Below are positions 54,574-64,000 of a DNA stretch of 64,000 bases, in pieces; position 1 is the first letter of the stretch, and every line of letters starts with the position of its first letter. The DNA is taken from the NCBI GenBank assembly GCA_030725715.1, contig JANRFG010000027.1, positions 2,649-66,648 of the forward strand. Reading direction: 5' to 3'. Under the pieces are notes generated by a model, which was not told where the DNA came from, did not search any database, and saw only the letters and a program-made list of their open reading frames with translations. The stretch comes from Opitutales bacterium (GTDB lineage: Bacteria > Verrucomicrobiota > Verrucomicrobiia > Opitutales > UBA953). The translations under genes were made by a program, and so were the position numbers.

Positions 54574-55175
54574 CAGGGCAGGACGAAGTGCGCCTCGCCG
54601 GCGGACCAGCGTTCGAGGTCGGTGCTCAGGGCCGCGACGGTCTCTTCGTCGGTCGTCTGCGCGTCGAGGGGCTGGCCGAGGATCGCGGCCGCGTGGGCCT
54701 GGCGGGCGCCGAGGCGCGTGAACCACTGCTCATGCACGCCCCAGCCGCCGTCCTTGAGGATGAGCCAGAGGCTCTTGAAGTAGGCGCAGTCGGCGCGCGG
54801 GCGCGTTGACATCGCGTCGAAGGTCTCGAGCGCGATGCGGTAGCAGACCTCGGCGGATTCGGGCGGCGGCGGGTTCTTGCGGAGCATCCCCGCGAGCCGG
54901 CAGGCGCGTTCGAGCGTCCGGTGGTCGCGGGCGAGGCCGGCGCGACGCGTGAGCAGGCGGTAGTCGCGGGCGAAGCGCGTGCCGCCGTCCTTGGCGCGTT
55001 CGAGGCTCACTTCGCCTTCGTCGAAGAGGTCGGGCAGCGTCGTGCCCTTCCCGCGGTGGGTGCGGATCAGGCAGCGGACAAGGCCTTCGGACGGTTCGAG
55101 CAGCGTGAGCAGGGAGTGCGACTCCCCGGAGGGGTCGCGACCCAGCACCAGGCAGCGGAGGCTCGACGCGGACAT
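54573..55175 (-). CDS. recO: RecO-like DNA repair protein (short, no zinc-finger cysteines)
   Basis: Internal ATG at 55175 gives 200 aa. The OB-like N-terminus (LRCLVLGRDPSGESHSLLTLL..SEGLVRC) and a helical C-terminus (YFKSLWLILKDGGWG) resemble RecO. Its stop overlaps the helicase start (TGATG). Confidence 0.5.
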   Translation of the reverse strand: MSASSLRCLVLGRDPSGESHSLLTLLEPSEGLVRCLIRTHRGKGTTLPDLFDEGEVSLERAKDGGTRFARDYRLLTRRAGLARDHRTLERACRLAGMLRKNPPPPESAEVCYRIALETFDAMSTRPRADCAYFKSLWLILKDGGWGVHEQWFTRLGARQAHAAAILGQPLDAQTTDEETVAALSTDLERWSAGEAHFVLP

Positions 55176-55180
55176 CCGGC

Positions 55181-55864
55181 CTACTCCTTGCTGGCCGGCT
55201 TGGGGACGACGGCGCCGAAGCTCATCAGCAGGCCGAGGGCGTCGCCGACGGTCAGCTTCGTCTCGCGGACTTCTTCCGGGGAGACCTGCAGGATGACGCC
55301 GGTGGTGGGCGCGGGCGCGGCGGGGATGAAGACGTTCACGACCGGCTTGCCGATGGCCTCGCTGAAGATCGTCGGCTGCTCGTGGGTGACGAAGGCGATG
55401 GACCACATGCCCGGGCGCGGGAACTCGACCATCACCACGCGGCGGAAGGTGTCCTTGTTGCGGCCGCTGAGGGCGTCGACCATCTGGCGGATCGTGCCGT
55501 AGAGGGAGCCGAGGCCGGGGATGCGTTCGAGGACGGTGGCGAACCAGCGGTGGAGGATCTTACCGAACAGGCGCTTCGAGAGGTAGCCGACGACGACCAG
55601 GATGCAGATCATCACCACGGCCGAGGAGAGCACCACCAGCTGGCGATGCAGGCCGAGGGCGAAGTCAGGGGCGGGCTGGTTGGCGTTGACCCACAGCCAG
55701 CGCAGGCCCACCTCGACCACCGGCTGGATGAACTTGCCCATGAGGTCGAGCAGGACGGACACCACGTAGAGCGTCAGGCCGATCGGCAGGAGGAGGAAGA
55801 GGCCGGTCAGGAAGTTATGGCCCAGGCGGGAGGCGAAGGTGCTGTTTTCCGGCGAGTCGCTCAT
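55181..55864 (-). CDS. DUF502 family membrane protein
   Basis: 227 aa. FLTGLFLLLPIGLTLYVV..LLD, ...IPGLGSLY.....M.......F..VV.VE.PR.G.W...FVT are typical of DUF502. Confidence 0.65.
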   Translation of the reverse strand: MSDSPENSTFASRLGHNFLTGLFLLLPIGLTLYVVSVLLDLMGKFIQPVVEVGLRWLWVNANQPAPDFALGLHRQLVVLSSAVVMICILVVVGYLSKRLFGKILHRWFATVLERIPGLGSLYGTIRQMVDALSGRNKDTFRRVVMVEFPRPGMWSIAFVTHEQPTIFSEAIGKPVVNVFIPAAPAPTTGVILQVSPEEVRETKLTVGDALGLLMSFGAVVPKPASKE

Positions 55865-55954
55865 CCCCCTAGCAAACCCCCTCCCTCACCGGAGGCAAGG
55901 TCGGTCGGTGATTTCGGGGGTTGGAACCTTGGCCGCCGGCCGTAGATTGTCCTT

Positions 55955-56500
55955 ATGAACACGCTCCTCCGGGTTGCCCTCGCCATCGTGGCCCTGTCCG
56001 CCAACCTCGGGGCCGTGGAAGAAGCCTACCCGCGCACCTCCCCGGGCGACCTCGAGCTCAAGACCTTGCCGGCGGCCCGCTGGATGCGCACGGAGTCGTC
56101 GAAGGATTATTTCGCTTCGGACAACGGGCTGTTCATGAAGCTCTTCCGTTACATCGACTCGAACAAGATCCCGATGACCGCCCCGGTCGAGGCGGGCATC
56201 AAGCCCGGCACGATGGTCTTCTACCTGGATGACGCCTCGGCGAAGCGCGCCGACCTCGCGGAGACGCCGTCGGTGAAGCTTTCGTCGGTGCCCGAGCGCC
56301 GCGTGGCCGCCATCGGCATCCGCGGCTCGTACAGCCGGGAGAACTACGAGGAAGCCCTGGCCGAGCTGAAGGCCTGGCTCGCGAAGCGTACGGACGTGAA
56401 GCCCGCCGGCGAACCGTACGCGGTCTACTGGAACAGTCCGTTCGTGCCCTTCTTCCTCAAGCAGTCGGAAGTGCACATCCCCGTCGCGCCGACGAAGTGA
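55955..56500 (+). CDS. SOUL heme-binding family protein (secreted)
   Basis: 181 aa with a signal peptide. F.KLFRYI..NKI.MTAPV and a C-terminal Y....NSPF.PFFL..SEV pattern. Confidence 0.7.
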   Translation: MNTLLRVALAIVALSANLGAVEEAYPRTSPGDLELKTLPAARWMRTESSKDYFASDNGLFMKLFRYIDSNKIPMTAPVEAGIKPGTMVFYLDDASAKRADLAETPSVKLSSVPERRVAAIGIRGSYSRENYEEALAELKAWLAKRTDVKPAGEPYAVYWNSPFVPFFLKQSEVHIPVAPTK

Positions 56501-57556
56501 TCAGGCCCAGGCGCGCTGGCGCCAGGCGAGCCCTTCGGAGACTTCGCGGGCGAGTTCCGGTCCACGGAAGACGAGGCCCGAGTAGACCTGCACGAGGCAC
56601 GCGCCTTCGTCCATGAAGCGACCGGCGTCCTTGGCGGACAGGATTCCGCCGCAGCCGACGATCGGGATGCGGCCGTCGGCTTCCTTCGCGAGGAAGCGCA
56701 CGACCTGCAGGGAGCGCTCGAGGAGCGGGGCGCCGCTGAGGCCGCCGCGGCCGGGCGAGCACGCTTCCGTGCCGGCGGGGCGGGAGATGGTGGTGTTCGT
56801 GGCGATGATGCCGGCGAAGCCGCATTCGCCGACGACGCCGACGATGTCGGCCAGCTGGTTCGGATTGAGGTCCGGGGCGATCTTGAGGAGCAGGGGCACC
56901 GGGCCGCCGGCGACGGAGCGGTTCTCCTGCGCGAGCGTGGACAGCAGCGTCACGAGCGGGGCGCGGTCCTGGAGGGCGCGCAGGCCGGTGGTGTTCGGGC
57001 TGCTGATGTTGACGACGACGTAATCGGCGAGCGGAGCGAGGAGCTTGAAGCAGGTGAGGTAATCCTCGTGCGCCTGTTCGTTGGCGGTGGCCTTGTTCTT
57101 GCCGATGTTGATGCCGAGCGGGCTGACGCGTCGGCCGCGGCCGGGCTGCTTGCTCAGGCGGTCGTACAGGGCCTGGGCGCCGTTGTTCGGGAAGCCGTAG
57201 GCGTTCACCACGGCGTTGAGCTCGGGGTAACGGAACACGCGGGGCTTCTCGTTGCCGGGCTGGGCCTTGGGCGTGACGGTACCGACCTCGACGTGGCCGA
57301 AGCCGAGGGCGGCCGCGCCGCGCCAGCCGAGGCCGTCCTTGTCGAACCCGGCGGCGAGGCCGATGTGGTTGGGGAACTTCAGGCCGAAGGCTTCGATCGG
57401 GCGACCCCCCTTGGGGGTCAGCGAGCGCTCCATCAGGGCGCGGAGGGGGGCGCAGGCGCCGAGGAGGCCCATGCCGCGCAGGCCGACCTGGTGGGCCGTC
57501 TCGGGGTCCAACTTGTAGAGGGCCTTGGCGATCACCTTGTCATACAGGAAAGACAT
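56501..57556 (-). CDS. pyrD: dihydroorotate dehydrogenase (quinone), class 2
   Basis: 351 aa. GLAAGFDKDG, VEVGTVTP..Q.GN.KPR, NISSPNT.GLR, GGLSG.PL. Confidence 0.9.
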   Translation of the reverse strand: MSFLYDKVIAKALYKLDPETAHQVGLRGMGLLGACAPLRALMERSLTPKGGRPIEAFGLKFPNHIGLAAGFDKDGLGWRGAAALGFGHVEVGTVTPKAQPGNEKPRVFRYPELNAVVNAYGFPNNGAQALYDRLSKQPGRGRRVSPLGINIGKNKATANEQAHEDYLTCFKLLAPLADYVVVNISSPNTTGLRALQDRAPLVTLLSTLAQENRSVAGGPVPLLLKIAPDLNPNQLADIVGVVGECGFAGIIATNTTISRPAGTEACSPGRGGLSGAPLLERSLQVVRFLAKEADGRIPIVGCGGILSAKDAGRFMDEGACLVQVYSGLVFRGPELAREVSEGLAWRQRAWA

Positions 57557-57666
57557 GCCCCGGAGTTAAGGGAGGAAAGGCCGGAAGGAAAGCGGAGAAG
57601 CCCGCCATTTGGCGCCGCCGCCGACCCCTCTTGACTCCCGCCCAGACTTGGGCAAACCACCCAGCC

Positions 57667-58428
57667 ATGGCTGTGACTACCTCAAAGCTCCTTTGGTGCA
57701 CCATCCGTTTCAAGGAGAAGGAAGGCAACTGGTGGGTGAAGGAGAGCTCCGACCCGAAGCATTACGAACCGGACGGCCTCGGCATCCTCGATCCCTACCA
57801 GTTCCCGTGGATCCTCGACATGATGGACCCCCTCCGTGAGTACGGTCTCTCCAACGAGATCCTCGAGGCGGCCTTCGTGCCCTTCCAGACCCAGGAGATC
57901 GAGAAGGACCAGACCGTCCGCCTCGTCCGCGTGGCCGAGCACATCCTCGACTCCGAGGAGCCGCTCTTCGCCCTCCCCAACATCAAGGACGGCGACAAGG
58001 GCGCCTACGCCGACCTCCTCGAGCACATCATGCGCCTGCGCGTGAAGCTCATCAACGACACGATCAAGCTCGAGCAGAAGCTCACCGTCGAGGACGTGGA
58101 TGAACAGCTCAGCGAGCTGCGCAACCAGGCCATGATCGAAGGCCGTGACATCCATCCTTTCGAAGAGATCACCGACATCCTGGAATTCGTCCCGCAGGGC
58201 CACGAAGTCCCGGGCGACGACGACGATGACGACAAGCCGGCCCGCCCCCAGGCGGCCGCGGAAGACATCGCCGACCTCCCCGACGTCGAAGAAGTCGACA
58301 AGGACATGGAGAAGAACCTCCGCTGGGACGACGAGGAAGAGCCGGCCGAAGAAGGCTCCGGCGAATCCGAAGGCGGCGAGTCCGAAGGCGGCGCCAAGGG
58401 CTCCGGCAAGTCCGGTCGCCGTCGCTGA
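57667..58428 (+). CDS. hypothetical strongly acidic protein with a basic C-terminal tip
   Basis: 253 aa from ATG 57667 (the track ORF starts at TTG 57631). Codon usage looks genome-typical. No family recognised. The C-terminal third is D/E-rich (GDDDDDDK, DDEEEPAEEGSGESEGGESEGG) and ends in GKSGRRR. Confidence 0.55.
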   Translation: MAVTTSKLLWCTIRFKEKEGNWWVKESSDPKHYEPDGLGILDPYQFPWILDMMDPLREYGLSNEILEAAFVPFQTQEIEKDQTVRLVRVAEHILDSEEPLFALPNIKDGDKGAYADLLEHIMRLRVKLINDTIKLEQKLTVEDVDEQLSELRNQAMIEGRDIHPFEEITDILEFVPQGHEVPGDDDDDDKPARPQAAAEDIADLPDVEEVDKDMEKNLRWDDEEEPAEEGSGESEGGESEGGAKGSGKSGRRR

Positions 58429-58437
58429 GCCGCGGGT

Positions 58438-59304
58438 TTACTTGCCCGGCTTATCCGTGGCCTGCGGTTCGAAGAGCCACATGCGCCGGGAAGCCATGTC
58501 CACCGCGATGGGGTGGGCGCGCAGGAAGTCGTCGCCGAGCAGGTTGTGCTCCTCGTCGCGGATGAATTCGACGCCCGTCAGCGGGGCGCCGCCGATGCGC
58601 AGCGACTTGATCTTGCAGACCTGCACGCGCGTGAGGGAAGTGCCGCGCACGGTGGCCACGGGCAGGAAGCCGCGGAACTCGGTCTCGCCGCGGAACTTCA
58701 GCGAGCTCATGTAGGACTTCGAGGCGCCGGAATCGACGATCATGGGCACCTTGACGCCTTCGACCTCGATGTTGACGCCGCAGTGGCCGCCACGGCTGTA
58801 GATGGGGACTTCGTGGGCCGCGGAGGTGTCGGGGATATTGCCGAGGATCATGACCTTGTTGCGCAGGTCCATGTAGAAGGGCCGGCTGAAGAGCAGGTCG
58901 GCGCCCATCAGGCCGTCGATGTCCATGCCGTCGAGCGGCATGATGGCCACGTGGAAGTCGCGCCAGGTGACCTCGCCCGCGCGGAAGGTCTCGACGAGTC
59001 CGTAGGTCGATTCGCTCCGCCCGGAGTTCCCCATGGAGGGCACGCTGAAGGCTTCGCTGACGCCGCAACGCTGCGCCGCGCGGGGGGTGAGCACGGCCGT
59101 GCCTTGGCAGCCGGTGTCGACGCCGAGCAGCACGTTCACGCCGTTGATCTGCACCATGAGGGTCGGGATGGCCTTGATGCGCAGGCGGTAGGTGGCGACG
59201 CCGCTTTCGGGGAATTCCTCCTTGGGCTTCTTGAGGTCCTGCGCCACGAGCGAACAGGCGAGGCAGAGGCCGAGGCTGGCGAACAGGAGGCGCAAGGGCT
59301 TCAT
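58438..59304 (-). CDS. secreted two-lobed retropepsin-like aspartic protease
   Basis: 288 aa. Signal peptide MKPLRLLFASLGLCLACSLVAQ. Two active-site-like motifs, LLGVDTGCQGT and MIVDSGASKS, are each followed by a G.D.L flap-like segment (LMGADLL, LLGDDFL). Confidence 0.65.
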   Translation of the reverse strand: MKPLRLLFASLGLCLACSLVAQDLKKPKEEFPESGVATYRLRIKAIPTLMVQINGVNVLLGVDTGCQGTAVLTPRAAQRCGVSEAFSVPSMGNSGRSESTYGLVETFRAGEVTWRDFHVAIMPLDGMDIDGLMGADLLFSRPFYMDLRNKVMILGNIPDTSAAHEVPIYSRGGHCGVNIEVEGVKVPMIVDSGASKSYMSSLKFRGETEFRGFLPVATVRGTSLTRVQVCKIKSLRIGGAPLTGVEFIRDEEHNLLGDDFLRAHPIAVDMASRRMWLFEPQATDKPGK

Positions 59305-59392
59305 GGGGGGCGGCGAGGCGCGGGAAGCGCCGGGGTCACCCTAATTAGGACGGAAACGGCGGGAGGTCGACAAGGACCTGCGGATTTCTGGC

Positions 59393-61002
59393 TCAGGCCT
59401 GCCGGCGGCGACGCCAGAGGTAGGCCAAGGCGAAGCAGAGGCCGCCCAGTCCGACGGCCCAGTCGCCTTGGCGGACCCAGAAGGTCTCGGGCTGCCGTTC
59501 CCGCGGGATCCGGACCGGCGTGGCCAGGCGGGCGCCCCGGAAATACACGCTGCCTTCCTCCAGGACGGGGAAGGCCCGGCCGAGAGGGTCGATGGTCCCG
59601 CTCCAGCCTGCGTTGCCGCAGCGGACGACCGGCAGCCCCGTGGCGGCGGCCAGGAGGACGGAGTGGGCCGCATGCTGATAGGCGCCGGCCTCGCGGCCAT
59701 ACCAAGCGTCGTTGGTCACGACGATGAGCACGTCGGCGCCGGCGAGCGCGTGTTCGCGGGCGAGCTCCGGGAAGACGTCTTCGTAGCACACCAAGGCGCC
59801 GGCCATGAAGGTGCGGCCTTGGCGCGTGCTCAGGGGCAGCAGGGAAGGGCCGGTGCCGGCCACGCAGTCGGTCTCGATCGGCACGACCTTGCGCAGAGGC
59901 AGGAAGTCGGCGAAGGGCACGTATTCGCCGAAGGGCACGAGGTGGCGCTTCGCATAGGCCGGCTTGCGCACGCCCTCGGATGTCACCACCGCTACCGCGT
60001 TGCCGTAACCGGCGCCGCGTCGGTCGATGGCGCCGATGACGAGCGGGGTGTCGGTGACCGCGGAGAGGGCCTTGAGCCGGTCGACGTAGGCTTCGCTTTC
60101 CAGCGTCAGCGGCAGGGCCGCCTCGGGCCAGAGCACGAAGTCCGCCTTGCGACTGCCGGCGACGTCGATGGTCATCGTCTCGGCGAGGCGCAGGTGTTCC
60201 TGCAGGCGCGCGCCGTCCCATTTGGCGTTAGGGTCGAAGTCCGTCTGCACGACCGCGGGCGTGAGGGTGTCGTGCGGCAGCGTCGCCTTGGCGGCGTTGG
60301 CGGCGAGCAAGGCGAGGAAGCCGCCCGCGATGGGCAGGAGGCCGACGTAGAGTTCGGGCGTGAGCCGGCGCAGCCAGCCGGCGGGTCCGACGGGCGCGAG
60401 ACGCGCGTCTTCGCGATAGGATTCGATGAGCCGGACGATCCAGCGGGCGAAGCCGAGGTTGAAGAGCACGAGCGCGATGGAGAGCCCGGTCGGGCCGACC
60501 CACGCGCAGAGGCTGAGCATCACGGGATTGCCCGTCTGCGACGCCGCGAACGGCAGCCAGCCGAAGCCGGAGAGGATCGTGGCGCGCGTCCACTCGAGCA
60601 GGCCCCACGCCCCCGCGAGTCCGGCGATCGCGAGCAGGCGCGCGGGCAGGCCGGCGCCGGCGCAGGCCGGGAAGATCCAGCGGAGCAGCAGCAACCAGCC
60701 GAACAGGTAGAGCGCGCAGTAGGCGGTGAGCAGCACCAGGCCCAGCCAGCCGAGCGGCGGGTAGACGTGACGGAGCCAGACGAGCAGGGCGATCCAGAGC
60801 ACCCAGCTCAGCGCGAAACCGGCGCGACGCCAGTCACGCCACTCCGGACGGAACGCGGCGGCGACCGCGGCGGGCACGAGCGCGATGAACGCCCAGAAGG
60901 GATGACCGAGCGGGCCGAACGAAAGGAAGAGCAGGAGGGCCGTCAGCGACGTCCCGAGCCAGGCGAGCCGGCCGGATCCCGGGCTGCTCGCGTCCGTTCC
61001 GG

Positions 61003-61006
<4 letters not shown>
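59393..61006 (-). CDS. lnt: apolipoprotein N-acyltransferase
   Basis: Internal ATG at 61006 gives 537 aa and overlaps the secA stop (ATGA). It has an N-terminal polytopic domain and a C-terminal CN-hydrolase domain (VLWPEAA, LVPFGEYVP, ALVCYEDVFPEL). Confidence 0.85.
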
Positions 61007-63996
<2,990 letters not shown>

Positions 63997-64000
63997 GGGT

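Overview
This window is 64 kb of a high-G+C bacterial chromosome (roughly two-thirds G+C, judged by eye). It is densely packed with about 60 protein genes. I found no rRNA, tRNA, CRISPR array, prophage or insertion sequence other than one RAYT. The content is overwhelmingly housekeeping: zwf (3' end)-opcA and tkt; four MEP-isoprenoid genes (ispH, long-form ispG, dxr, ispE); gpmI; the complex I membrane-arm genes nuoJKLMN; thyA-folA; lysS; a lolC/E-lolD pair; secA-lnt; rpoN; xerC; xerD; ruvC; a recO-like gene; rpmG with a bS22-like microprotein gene; pyrD; argA; hisI; queF; rseP. The protein style suggests a PVC-group (Verrucomicrobia/Opitutales-like) organism, but that is inference only. The features that are not ordinary fall into three groups. 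(1) A REP-associated tyrosine transposase is bracketed by a perfect inverted pair of 26-nt GTAG+hairpin REPs, and two more identical REPs lie elsewhere in the window. (2) The larger intergenic regions are built from a BIME-like mosaic of short repeated words. These include G-run/C-run pairs with canonical G-quadruplex potential, GGTGGCNGG arms forming long imperfect hairpins, GTGCAAAN octamer arrays and CTAACCGC/CTTAAC words. The octamer arrays sit 13-21 nt upstream of the start codons of two secreted hydrolase genes. (3) There are several unusual protein architectures and couplings. One is a fusion of an alpha/beta-hydrolase fold (nucleophile Ser replaced by Gly), a DedA domain and an ATP-grasp domain. 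Another is a RecB/Cas4-like nuclease fused to a DinG/XPD-like helicase and start/stop-overlapped with a recO-like gene. The third is a start/stop-overlapped apaG / beta-CASP / amidase operon. I could not support a self-contained novel system such as a defence island, toxin-antitoxin pair or secretion machine. The items above are the best leads, and all of them need database and genome-wide checks that I cannot run. Many long ORFs in the six-frame track are antisense or shadow ORFs typical of high-GC DNA and were rejected.
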